NCBI GenBank assembly: GCA_028713655.1
Contig: JAQTNW010000009.1
Location: 8,474 to 72,473 of the forward strand
Reading direction: 5' to 3'
From: Candidatus Methylacidiphilales bacterium
Lineage (GTDB): Bacteria; Verrucomicrobiota; Verrucomicrobiia; Methylacidiphilales; JAAUTS01
Length of the DNA: 64,000 nucleotides
Below are positions 34,000 through 42,335 of this stretch, in pieces. Below the pieces are notes generated by a model, which was not told the DNA's origin, made no database searches, and worked only from the letters and a program-made list of their open reading frames with translations. Each line of letters opens with the position of its first letter. The stretch's first letter is position 1. The translations under genes were made by a program, and so were the position numbers.

Positions 34000-35787
34000 T
34001 CAAACCACCCTTCCAAACTTCTTCTCCAACTCGTCGCGGCTGAGCAGGATCATGGTCGGGCGGCCATGCGGGCAGGTGTAGGGCAAATCGCATTTGTGCA
34101 GGTCCACGACCAGCTTTTCCATTTCAGGCAGCGACAGCGTGTCGTTGGCCTTCACCGCATGGCGGCAAACCGTCTTGGCCACGATTTCCTCGCTCAGTTT
34201 TCTCTGTCTCCGCGTCTCTCCACCGGCTTGTTGAAGGTCCGTGATCATGTCGCGGAAAAATTCCTCGACATGCTGCGTCTTGATCATGGGCGGCAGGGCG
34301 TCGATGACCAGGGTGTTCCCGCCGAGACTGTCCACACCCAGGCCCACATGCTGCAGGGCCTCCATCTGTTGCTTCACAAAGTCGGCTTCCGGCGGCGACA
34401 TCTCGACCGTCACCGGCACCAGGAGCCGCTGGCTCAGCACTTCCTCCCGGCTCATGCGGTCCAGCATCTGCTCGAACAAAACCCGCTCATGCGCCGCATG
34501 CTGGTCAATCAGCACGATGCCGTCGTCGCTCTCGGCCACAATATAAAGGCCCAATAAAACGCCCAGGATGCGGAGGTCGTGGTTCTTTTCCATCTGCAGC
34601 TCGGCATGCGATCCTTTCTCCACCTTGACAACGGCGGAAATGAAAGAGGGCCGGCTTGAATCGGAAAAACCGGTTTGGACGATCCGTGGAGCCTGCGTTT
34701 CGGATTTCAACTCGAACGGCCTTTGCGCGGGCGGCGGCGATGGCGCCTGTGCTCCTGTTTCCGGGGGGCCAAGCGGCACCGACACCGGACTGGCGCCGTG
34801 CTCGCGCAACACACCCGCGATCACCTGGCTGATCCATTGCCGCACTTCGTAGTCATCGCGGAAGCGCACCTCGCGTTTGGCGGGATGCACATTCACATCC
34901 ACCCGCGCTGAGTCGAGTTGGAAAAACAAAACGGCCACCGGAAAACGTCCGCGCATCAGACTGTTGTGGTAACCCTCCAACAATGCAAAATTCAACGTCG
35001 GGCTTTGCACCGGCCGTTCATTGACAAACACATGATGCTCATGCCGGTCGGCCCGGCTGATCCCGGGTTTGCCGATGAATCCGAAAATCCGGTAATGCCC
35101 TTCCTCCGCATCAACCGGCAGCATCGCATCCAGCCATGAGGCTCCGAATATTTGCCGGAGACGCTCCGCCAGATCCCGCGCTGCTGGATATCGGACTGGA
35201 GGCTGTTCATCGTCGAGGAATTCAAACCCCACCCCGGGCCGGGCCAGCGCCGACAGCCTCAGGGTCTGCTCGACATGCGCGCGCTCCGTGATGTCCGAGC
35301 GCAAAAATTTCCTGCGGCCCGGCACATGAAAAAACAGGGAACGCACTTCCACCTGGGTCCCCGGCGCGCAACCGGCCTCGGCGACTTGGCGCAGCTTGCC
35401 GCCGTCGATCAACACCTCCGTGCCAGACAGCGCCTCCGGCTCGCGCGTCAGCAGCCGGAACTTGCAAACCGAGGCAATGCTGGGCAGGGCTTCCCCGCGA
35501 AACCCCATGGTTTTAATATGTAACAGATCCTCGGCCGACCTGACTTTGCTTGTCGCGTGCCGTTCCAGGCACAGCAAGGCATCGTCGTAACTCATCCCGG
35601 ATCCGTCGTCGCTGACGCGGATCAGGCTTTTGCCGCCTTTTTGAATTTCGATCCGGATGTTTTTTGCGCCGGCATCCAGCGCATTTTCCACCAACTCCTT
35701 GACGACCGAGGCCGGGCGTTCGACGACCTCGCCGGCCGCGATGCGGTTAGCCACCGTTTCGTCGAGGAGATGAACGCGATTTGCCAA
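34000..35787 (-). CDS. mutL: DNA mismatch repair protein MutL
   Basis: VANRIAAGEVVERPASVVKELVENALDAGA...DDGSGM...GFRGEALPSI. C-terminal dimerisation domain QHAAHERVLFE. Confidence 0.95.
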   Translation of the reverse strand: MANRVHLLDETVANRIAAGEVVERPASVVKELVENALDAGAKNIRIEIQKGGKSLIRVSDDGSGMSYDDALLCLERHATSKVRSAEDLLHIKTMGFRGEALPSIASVCKFRLLTREPEALSGTEVLIDGGKLRQVAEAGCAPGTQVEVRSLFFHVPGRRKFLRSDITERAHVEQTLRLSALARPGVGFEFLDDEQPPVRYPAARDLAERLRQIFGASWLDAMLPVDAEEGHYRIFGFIGKPGISRADRHEHHVFVNERPVQSPTLNFALLEGYHNSLMRGRFPVAVLFFQLDSARVDVNVHPAKREVRFRDDYEVRQWISQVIAGVLREHGASPVSVPLGPPETGAQAPSPPPAQRPFELKSETQAPRIVQTGFSDSSRPSFISAVVKVEKGSHAELQMEKNHDLRILGVLLGLYIVAESDDGIVLIDQHAAHERVLFEQMLDRMSREEVLSQRLLVPVTVEMSPPEADFVKQQMEALQHVGLGVDSLGGNTLVIDALPPMIKTQHVEEFFRDMITDLQQAGGETRRQRKLSEEIVAKTVCRHAVKANDTLSLPEMEKLVVDLHKCDLPYTCPHGRPTMILLSRDELEKKFGRVV

Positions 35788-35805
35788 GGTACGGAAGGGT
35801 GAAGA

Positions 35806-36687
35806 TTAATGGCCGCTGACGCCGAGGGTTTCCAAAATTCGTTCGAGATCGGAAGCGTTGTAATACTCGATTTCGAGATGGCCTTTTCCGGCGGTGCCCA
35901 CGAGGCGCACCTTGGTACCGAGGACGCGCTGAATCCTGAGCTCAAGGTCCCGCCAGTCGGAGGCGGAATCTTTCCGGGAAGATTTTTTTTCGGAGGAACC
36001 GCGCATCGGTTTGCCCATGCGGGCCACGAGTTTTTCGGTTTCGCGAACGGACAGGCCGCGCCGGGCGACTTCCTTCGCCGCGGACTCCTGACCGGTGCTG
36101 CCCGGGAGGCCGAGGATCACCTTGGCATGGCCCGCGCTCAAATGCCCGTGGCGCACCATTTCCTTGGCGCCCGCCGCAAGGCCTAACAACCGAATCGCAT
36201 TGGCCACCGCGGCGCGGCTCTTGCCGACCTTTTGGGCGATCTGCTCCTGGGTGAGCTTGAACTGGTCGGCGAGCTGGCCATAGCCTTCCGCTTCTTCAAT
36301 GGCGTTGAGGTCGCTGCGCTGGAGATTTTCCACCATCGCGAGTTCCAGGACTTCGAGGTCCTGGGCCCGGCGGACGATCACCGGGGCCAGTTTGAGGCCG
36401 GCCCGTTGTGCGGCCCTCCAGCGGCGTTCCCCGGCAATCAATTCATGGAACTGGCCCACTTTGCGGACAATCAGAGGCTGGATGATCCCGTTTTCCTTGA
36501 TGGAAGCGGCCAGGTCGTCCAATTGCGCATCGTCAAAAGTTTTGCGGGGCTGCAGCGGACTGGGCTTGATGGTGTCGATGGCAACCTCCTGCACCCGTTC
36601 ACCCGCATCCACGCGGGGCTGCGGGTCCGCCACGGAAGTTCCGCCGATCAACGCACCCAATCCCTTACCCAGAGCATTTCGAGCCAT
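35806..36687 (-). CDS. parB: ParB/Spo0J chromosome-partitioning protein
   Basis: LGKGLGALI...QPRKTFD...GIIQPLIVRK...ELIAGERRWRAA...HTH QEQIAQKVGKSRAAVANAIRLL. Confidence 0.9.
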   Translation of the reverse strand: MARNALGKGLGALIGGTSVADPQPRVDAGERVQEVAIDTIKPSPLQPRKTFDDAQLDDLAASIKENGIIQPLIVRKVGQFHELIAGERRWRAAQRAGLKLAPVIVRRAQDLEVLELAMVENLQRSDLNAIEEAEGYGQLADQFKLTQEQIAQKVGKSRAAVANAIRLLGLAAGAKEMVRHGHLSAGHAKVILGLPGSTGQESAAKEVARRGLSVRETEKLVARMGKPMRGSSEKKSSRKDSASDWRDLELRIQRVLGTKVRLVGTAGKGHLEIEYYNASDLERILETLGVSGH

Positions 36688-36700
36688 AACTGAAAAAACT

Positions 36701-36790
36701 AGCCTGCTTATCTCGCACGCGTCACGAGAATTCCCCTTCTGGTTTTTTCACCCGCTGGCGGGAAGAAAAACGCCGGGGGATAAGCAGGCT
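36701..36790 (+). repeat. R2 stem-closed element (AGCCTGCTTATC...GATAAGCAGGCT)
   Basis: 12-bp perfect terminal inverted repeat around a 66-nt loop (..CACGAGAATTCCCCTTCTGG..GGCGGGAAGAAAAA..). Confidence 0.8.
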
Positions 36791-36924
36791 TTGGCCGCAA
36801 AAGAACGCAAAAATCACAAAGAACCAGGAACGTTAAACTAAAAACAATTTTATTCTGTGTTCTGTGGCCAGAACTTCGTGTCATGGTGACTTCGTGGTTC
36901 ACACTCGATCCGGCAAAGCTATCG

Positions 36925-37416
36925 TCATTTCTTCGGCTCGTCGTCGTCTTCAGAGGGGTCTTCTTCCTCCGCCTGCTCCAACTTTTCCTTCATCTGCTCA
37001 AAGAGCGACGTGATGTCGGTAACCTGGTTCCAGACGCGCGGGGCGACAAAAATCTTTTTCCCGGCCTCCAGCGCGATGGCCAGGCAGTCGCTCGGGCGTG
37101 CGTCGATCTCGGTGATCCGCTTCTGGATCTCGTTTTCCGCCCTCAGCGTGATCCGGGCAAAGTAGGTGTCGTTCCGAAGGTCATTGATGACAATGCGCTC
37201 AACCGTGATCGAAAAAGCCTGCAGGATCAGGCTGATCAAATCATGGGTCAGCGGGCGTTCCCGTTTTTCACCCCGGAGAAGCAGGGCGATGTTGGTGCCG
37301 ACGCCATGGTCCACGTGGATGCTGAATGTTTTCTCCCCGTTGCCCAGAAAAACGGCGATCCCGGTGTTGGAAGGGACCAACCCCAGGATTTTCACCTCAA
37401 TGAGAGATTCGGGCAT
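36925..37416 (-). CDS. Bifunctional nuclease family protein (DUF151)
   Basis: VKILGLVPSNTGIAVFLGNGEKTFSIHVDHGVGTNIALLLRGEKRERPLTHDL...ARPSDCLAIALEAGKKIFV. Acidic tail. Confidence 0.8.
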   Translation of the reverse strand: MPESLIEVKILGLVPSNTGIAVFLGNGEKTFSIHVDHGVGTNIALLLRGEKRERPLTHDLISLILQAFSITVERIVINDLRNDTYFARITLRAENEIQKRITEIDARPSDCLAIALEAGKKIFVAPRVWNQVTDITSLFEQMKEKLEQAEEEDPSEDDDEPKK

Positions 37417-37512
37417 GGCTCTAAATTATGCACGGAGGGGCCGGGCTGTCCCTAAAAAAACTCTCACGCATTCATTGCATTGTGACATTCGCGTACTATA
37501 AATCTGAATCAC

Positions 37513-39435
37513 ATGCAGAAGCCTCCGGAACCCTGGACCCTGGAACAATCCTTCCAGGCCTACAACATCGACCGCTGGGGCGGCGAATATTTTTCGATCA
37601 ACGCGGCCGGCAACATCAGCGTACGCCCCAAAAGAGCCAACGGCCCCGAGCTGGATTTGTATGAGGTCGCCAACGAGGCCCGCAGCCGCGGGCTGGCCCT
37701 GCCCTTCCTCATCCGCTTCCAGGATCTGCTGCGCCACCAGGTTGTCACCATCAACGAGAGCTTCGCCGCCGCCATCCGGGAGTTCAACTTCCAGGGCCAA
37801 TACCGCGGCGTCTTTCCCATCAAGGTCAACCAGTTGCGCGAGGTGGTGGAGGAAATCGAAGACGCCGGGCGCCCCTACAATTTCGGCCTGGAAGTCGGCA
37901 GCAAGCCGGAACTTTTCGCCGCGCTGGCAATGCATCAAAACCCGGAAAGCCTGCTCATCTGCAACGGCTACAAGGACACCGAATTTATCCGCATGGCGTT
38001 GCTGGGCCGCAAGCTGAACAAAAAAGTCGTGATGGTGATCGAGAAGATCGAGGAACTCCACCGGGTCCTCAGCGTCGCGGAACAAATGGGCGTCGAACCC
38101 ATCGTCGGCATCCGCGTGCGCCTGCAAACCAAGGGCGCAGGCAAATGGGCGCTCTCGGGAGGCGAAGACGCCAAGTTCGGCCTTTCCACCGCCGAACTCC
38201 TTGAAGCCACTGAACTGCTCAAGCAACGCGGCATGGAACGGGTTCTCCAGCTCCTCCATTTCCATGTCGGCTCGCAAATCCCCGACATCCTCACGGTCAA
38301 ACGGGCCGTTCGCGAAGCCACGCGCTATTACGCCAAGCTCCGGAAGATGGGCTTCGAGATCTGTTATCTGGACGTCGGCGGCGGCCTGGGGGTGGATTAC
38401 AACGGCACCCGCACGGCATCGGAAAGCTCGACCAATTACACGCTCGACGAATACACGCGCGATGTCGTTTACAATATTTCCGAAATTTGCGCCGAGGAAA
38501 AAGTACCTCACCCGAACATCGTCAGCGAAAGCGGGCGGGCGACAGTGGCCTACCATTCCGTCCTGCTGGTCGAAGTGTTTGGCGCGATTGAAAAAACCAA
38601 GTCGGACGGGAGCGACATCCCCCAGCCGACGGAAGAGGGCCACAAACTGGTCCGCGACATGATTGAGGTGCTCAAGAAACTGAACAAGCGCAACCGCCGC
38701 GAGTGCCTGCACCAGGCCAAGCTGATCAAGGAGGACGCTTCCACGCGCTTTGAAGTCGGCCTGCTCGACCTGAAAGACAAGGCCCTGATCGAGACCGGGT
38801 TTTGGAAAGTGGCGGAAAGCGTCGTGTCCATGTATCAGGGCTCAAAAAGCACGCCGGATGAAGTGCGGGAGCTGCAGACCCAATTGGCCGACCAGTTCCT
38901 TTGCAATTTTTCGGTGTTCCAGTCCCTCATCGACCACTGGGCGGTCGGCCAGCTTTTCCCCATTGCGCCGATCCACCGCCTGACCGAGGCGCCCCTGCAC
39001 CAGGCGACGTTGGTGGACATCACCTGCGATTCCGACGGCAAGATCGACACCTTCATTGATGATGAGGATGTCCGCCACACCCTGCCGCTGCACAGCCCGA
39101 ACGGCCAGCCCTACATCCTCGGGTTCTTCCTGATGGGGGCCTATCAGGACGTGATGGGCGATCTGCACAACCTCTTCGGCCCGGTGACGGAGGCCCATGT
39201 CTTTCTGGACGAGGACGAGCCCTCCGGCTTTTACATTGAGGAGGTCATCCAGGGCTATAACATAGGGCAAGTGCTAAGCGACGTGCAGTATGAAACCAAC
39301 GTACTCAGCCGCGAAATGAAGGCCCAGATCGACGCCGCCATCAAGGCCGACGTGCTCAAGCCCAATGAAGGCATGCGCCTGCTTGAGGAATACGAAAAGG
39401 GGCTCACAAAACCCACCTATCTTTCCTTCGATTAA
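37513..39435 (+). CDS. speA: Biosynthetic arginine decarboxylase
   Basis: 640 aa. YNIDRWGGEYFSIN...FPIKVNQLREVVEEI...HFHVGSQI...YLDVGGGLGVDY...ESGRA. Confidence 0.95.
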   Translation: MQKPPEPWTLEQSFQAYNIDRWGGEYFSINAAGNISVRPKRANGPELDLYEVANEARSRGLALPFLIRFQDLLRHQVVTINESFAAAIREFNFQGQYRGVFPIKVNQLREVVEEIEDAGRPYNFGLEVGSKPELFAALAMHQNPESLLICNGYKDTEFIRMALLGRKLNKKVVMVIEKIEELHRVLSVAEQMGVEPIVGIRVRLQTKGAGKWALSGGEDAKFGLSTAELLEATELLKQRGMERVLQLLHFHVGSQIPDILTVKRAVREATRYYAKLRKMGFEICYLDVGGGLGVDYNGTRTASESSTNYTLDEYTRDVVYNISEICAEEKVPHPNIVSESGRATVAYHSVLLVEVFGAIEKTKSDGSDIPQPTEEGHKLVRDMIEVLKKLNKRNRRECLHQAKLIKEDASTRFEVGLLDLKDKALIETGFWKVAESVVSMYQGSKSTPDEVRELQTQLADQFLCNFSVFQSLIDHWAVGQLFPIAPIHRLTEAPLHQATLVDITCDSDGKIDTFIDDEDVRHTLPLHSPNGQPYILGFFLMGAYQDVMGDLHNLFGPVTEAHVFLDEDEPSGFYIEEVIQGYNIGQVLSDVQYETNVLSREMKAQIDAAIKADVLKPNEGMRLLEEYEKGLTKPTYLSFD

Positions 39436-39522
39436 CCTGTTTATCTCAGATGTGTTGTGAGAATTCCCCCTCTGGCGTGTTCAGCCGTTGGCGGGAAGAA
39501 AAATTCCGGGAATAAGCAGGCT
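39436..39522 (+). repeat. R2 stem-closed element, copy 2
   Basis: CCTGTTTATC...GAGAATTCCCCCTCTGG...GGCGGGAAGAAAAATTCCGGGAATAAGCAGGCT. Abuts R1 copy 39525-39606. Confidence 0.75.
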
Positions 39523-39524
39523 AT

Positions 39525-39606
39525 TAGCCCGGATGTTTCACTCGCTTCTAAAAAGTGTCCTGCCAAAAGACCGGGCAAAATCAGGGATGCATCCACATCC
39601 GGGCTA
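39525..39606 (+). repeat. R1 stem-closed element, copy 2
   Basis: TAGCCCGGATGT TTCACTCGCTTCTAAAAAGTGTCCTGCCAAAAGACCGGGCAAAATCAGGGATGCATCC ACATCCGGGCTA. Confidence 0.8.
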
Positions 39607-39665
39607 AAAATACCCATTTTTCCTATTGGCAAAGGCAAAACCCTGCGCTAGAACGATTGGCTCTT

Positions 39666-40427
39666 ATGCCGAAAAAAGCTTCTAAAACGTCCAAGACGAA
39701 AAAGGCCAGGAAAGCCTCCGCGGTCCACAAACCCAAGGCCTCTTCAGCTAAAAAGGCCAATACTCCGTCTTCCAAAGCCGCTTCCAAGAAGAAGGGCAAA
39801 GGCCAGGTGAAGAAGCATTCGCCCTCGCCCCTTCACAAGGGTGACAAAAAAATATTCGGCAAGCCCCCTTTCCCCATCAAAGGCCCCAAACCCCAGAATT
39901 TGGAACGGTCAGCCGCCATATCCAAAGAGGAAGCCAAAAGAAACCGCGCCCTCAGCCCGAAGTTTCTGGAGCAGCAAAAGAAAAAGCTTTTGGATCTCCG
40001 CGACCATATCCTGGACCAGATGCAGGGTGTCGCGCAGGACAATCTGCGTTCCCGCCCAGAAGGAAACGAAGCCTCGGCCTTCGGCATGCACCAGGCGGAC
40101 GCGGGCAGCGATGCCTACGAAAAGGATTTCGCCCTCAGCCTGCTTTCACAGGAGCAAGACGCCCTTTACGAGATCGAGCAATCCCTTAAGCGCATCGACT
40201 CGGGCCTCTATGGCATTTGTGAAATGTCCGGCAAGCCGATTCCGATGAACCGCATGGAAGCCATCCCCTTCGCCCGTTATACGGTTGAATGCCAGGCCCA
40301 GATGGAAAAAGAGCAAAAGGGCAAAAATCGCTGGGACACAGCGCCCCAATTCATGGATTCTGCGGAAGGCTTCTTCGAAGAGGAAGAAACCGAGGAAGAC
40401 GAAGAAAAGCAAAAGGTAAAGGATTAA
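39666..40427 (+). CDS. DksA/TraR-family protein with Lys/Ala/Ser-rich histone-H1-like N-terminal extension
   Basis: N-terminus [50 protein letters not shown]. Coiled coil [13 protein letters not shown]-terminus [38 protein letters not shown] at 39666; the ORF-track start 39555 lies in repeat R1. Confidence 0.75.
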   Translation: MPKKASKTSKTKKARKASAVHKPKASSAKKANTPSSKAASKKKGKGQVKKHSPSPLHKGDKKIFGKPPFPIKGPKPQNLERSAAISKEEAKRNRALSPKFLEQQKKKLLDLRDHILDQMQGVAQDNLRSRPEGNEASAFGMHQADAGSDAYEKDFALSLLSQEQDALYEIEQSLKRIDSGLYGICEMSGKPIPMNRMEAIPFARYTVECQAQMEKEQKGKNRWDTAPQFMDSAEGFFEEEETEEDEEKQKVKD

Positions 40428-40431
40428 AATC

Positions 40432-40668
40432 ATGGGAGCCAAAATTAAAAAGAAGGGCCGCCGCCCCCGCCGCAGCCGCCTGAATAACAAAAAGCGGATC
40501 GACATCAGCAACGAAGCCATCGATCACAAGAACCCCGACATGCTGAAAAAGTTTGTCACGGAACGCGGCAAGATGCTGCCCCGGCGTATCACCGGGATGC
40601 CTGCAAAACTTCACCGCAAATTAACACGCGAAATCAAGCGCGCCCGAAACCTTTTACTGGTAAAATAA
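40432..40668 (+). CDS. rpsR: 30S ribosomal protein S18
   Basis: [47 protein letters not shown]. Confidence 0.85.
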   Translation: MGAKIKKKGRRPRRSRLNNKKRIDISNEAIDHKNPDMLKKFVTERGKMLPRRITGMPAKLHRKLTREIKRARNLLLVK

Positions 40669-40672
40669 GAAT

Positions 40673-40936
40673 ATGTCCCGCAAATGCATCGTAACTCAGA
40701 AGAAGCCGGTTCGTGGAACACGGATCAACCGAAGCGGTAAAGCCAAGAAGGCCGGTGGTATCGGTACCCATATCACGTCCAATACCCCCCGTTTTTTCAT
40801 TCCAAATCTGCGTAACAAGCGGATTTGGGTGCCTGAACTGAAGAAATTCATTCACCTGAAATTAAGCGCCCGAGCCCTTAAAACCATGGATAAGAAGGGC
40901 GTTTACGCCACCCTTAAGGAGTGCGGAGTCCTCTAA
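40673..40936 (+). CDS. rpmB: 50S ribosomal protein L28
   Basis: MSRKCIVTQKKPVRGTRINRSGKAKKAGGIGTHITSNTPRFFIPNL. Confidence 0.9.
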   Translation: MSRKCIVTQKKPVRGTRINRSGKAKKAGGIGTHITSNTPRFFIPNLRNKRIWVPELKKFIHLKLSARALKTMDKKGVYATLKECGVL

Positions 40937-40967
40937 ATTTTGCTTTATTTTTCGCAAGTACTTTGTT

Positions 40968-40999
40968 CTGAGCTTGTTGCAAATGTGTGCAAAGCTCAG
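40968..40999 (+). terminator. Candidate intrinsic terminator after rpmB
   Basis: CTGAGCTTGTTGCA AATGTG TGCAAAGCTCAG followed by TTT. The T-tract is short. Confidence 0.45.
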
Positions 41000-41110
41000 T
41001 TTGGGATTGCATCAGAAGGGAATTTCCCGAGTATAGGTATGAAGCCGCACTTCACCCTCCATGCGGTGTAGAAGCGGAAAAATCAACCTTCATCAGATTG
41101 GAGAATTCAA

Positions 41111-41314
41111 ATGGCCTTTACTGTAGTCAGCAAAAAAAGCGGAAAAACCTACCATCTTCACGGCAAAGAGCAGGTGCTCAAAGGTGGCCAGAAGGTAACC
41201 CTGTATTACTTTGCTGGTGTGCCCGGCCCAGCCGCCTTGGACGCCCTCCCCACCGGTTATGAGGTTTCAGAAAACACAAAAACCGGCCTTCCTTTGTTGA
41301 AAAAGATTAGATAA
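41111..41314 (+). CDS. Small hypothetical protein (67 aa)
   Basis: GGAGAA Shine-Dalgarno 8 nt upstream of the ATG. MAFTVVSKKSGKTYHLHGKEQVLKGGQKVTLYYFAG. Followed by a strong terminator. Confidence 0.55.
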   Translation: MAFTVVSKKSGKTYHLHGKEQVLKGGQKVTLYYFAGVPGPAALDALPTGYEVSENTKTGLPLLKKIR

Positions 41315-41335
41315 GCCCCGTCTTTCAGAGAAAAA

Positions 41336-41364
41336 AGCGTCCGCCTCACCGCGGGCGCTTTTTT
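41336..41364 (+). terminator. Rho-independent terminator (A-tract/T-tract flanked, potentially bidirectional)
   Basis: AAAAAA AGCGTCCGC CTCACC GCGGGCGCT TTTTT. 9-bp stem with one G-U pair. Confidence 0.7.
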
Positions 41365-41375
41365 AATGCCTTGAC

Positions 41376-41660
41376 ATGCCCGCCAACTCGTCATTTGATT
41401 GCGAAACCATGGTGGACACCTTCCTGCTCAACCTGCTCCGCTGCCCGGAAACCATGCAGCAGCTCCACCTCGCCCCGGGTTCGCAAATCGACAAGATCAA
41501 CCAAGCCATCCAGTCCGGCGCCTGCAAGAACCGTTCCGGCCAGCGTGTACTAACCCCCATCGAAACCGGCCTTGTCCGGGATGATGGCCGCATTCTATAC
41601 CCGGTCCGCAATGAAATCCCTGTGATGCTTGTGGACGAATCCATCCCCCTGGATTCTTGA
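41376..41660 (+). CDS. Trm112/YcaR-family (UPF0434) protein
   Basis: LLNLLRCPETMQQLHLAP...ILYPVRNEIPVMLVDESIPL. Confidence 0.75.
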   Translation: MPANSSFDCETMVDTFLLNLLRCPETMQQLHLAPGSQIDKINQAIQSGACKNRSGQRVLTPIETGLVRDDGRILYPVRNEIPVMLVDESIPLDS

Positions 41661-41673
41661 ATCTTAATTTCAT

Positions 41674-42027
41674 GTGACTAACCCGGATGCCTCAATCAGC
41701 GTCGGGCTGCTTCTGACCACAGCGCACAACCACCCGTCGTTCGCGGCCTTTTGCCGGTGCGCCCGGCAGTCTCTGGCTTCGGGACATCCCACCTACGCCT
41801 ACCTGCTTTACGATGCGGTCCTCTGCGCTTCCCATCCCGAACTTCAAAAACTCCAGTCGTCCGGCCTTAAAATCCATGCCTGCGCGGAAGCGGTCTTCAA
41901 CCGCAAAATCGAAGTCCCCGAATCCATCGTATTGTCCGGACTGGGCAGCCTGGCCCAGTTCATTAAGCATACTGGTCGATTTGCGGCCTTTTCCAGCCAT
42001 GAAAACAGTCCTAATTGTTGCGTCTGA
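41674..42027 (+). CDS. DsrE/TusD-like sulfur-relay family protein
   Basis: KIHACAEAVFNRKIEV..IVLSGLGSLAQFIKHTGRFAAF aligns by eye with the TusD/DsrE C-terminal half (ICVAAALRRG...LSGLGALAEA...VVQF), including the Cys. Confidence 0.6.
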   Translation: MTNPDASISVGLLLTTAHNHPSFAAFCRCARQSLASGHPTYAYLLYDAVLCASHPELQKLQSSGLKIHACAEAVFNRKIEVPESIVLSGLGSLAQFIKHTGRFAAFSSHENSPNCCV

Positions 42028-42331
42028 AAGTCCGCACATCGAAGGCGGAGGCCGCACTCTGGAGGCCTTGAGGGTCGCGGCAGGGCTGGCCCAACTCTCC
42101 GATCTGCAGGTAAATCTTTTGGTCAAGCCTGATGCCAAAATCACGCTGCAGGACGCATCCACGCTGGCCTGCGACTCCCAAATCCGCGAATACCTGAAAC
42201 TCTTGCTCTCCGCAGGCGGAAAAATTTTTGTGTCCGAATCCTGCGCGCCCACGGTTTATCCGGCCACCCGGCTGTCGAAGAGCCAAATTCAGGACTTGGA
42301 ACAATCCAATCCGATCCGGATTGAGATTTGA
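41999..42331 (+). CDS. DsrE/DsrF(TusC)-like family protein
   Basis: MKTVLIVASESPHIEGGGRTLEALRVAAGLA... Rossmann-like start typical of the DsrE/F/H fold. ATG at 41999 inside the longer ORF 41813..42331. Confidence 0.5.
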   Translation: MKTVLIVASESPHIEGGGRTLEALRVAAGLAQLSDLQVNLLVKPDAKITLQDASTLACDSQIREYLKLLLSAGGKIFVSESCAPTVYPATRLSKSQIQDLEQSNPIRIEI

Positions 42332-42335
42332 AACA

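Noticed and set aside
37426-38712. 428-aa ORF antisense to speA
   Set aside because: It is a shadow ORF opposite a clearly identifiable arginine decarboxylase, with no motifs.
39531-39540. TGTTTCAC inside R1 elements, considered as a parS site
   Set aside because: Only a half-site is present. The sequence continues ACGC or TCGC instead of GTGAAACA, so there is no parS palindrome.
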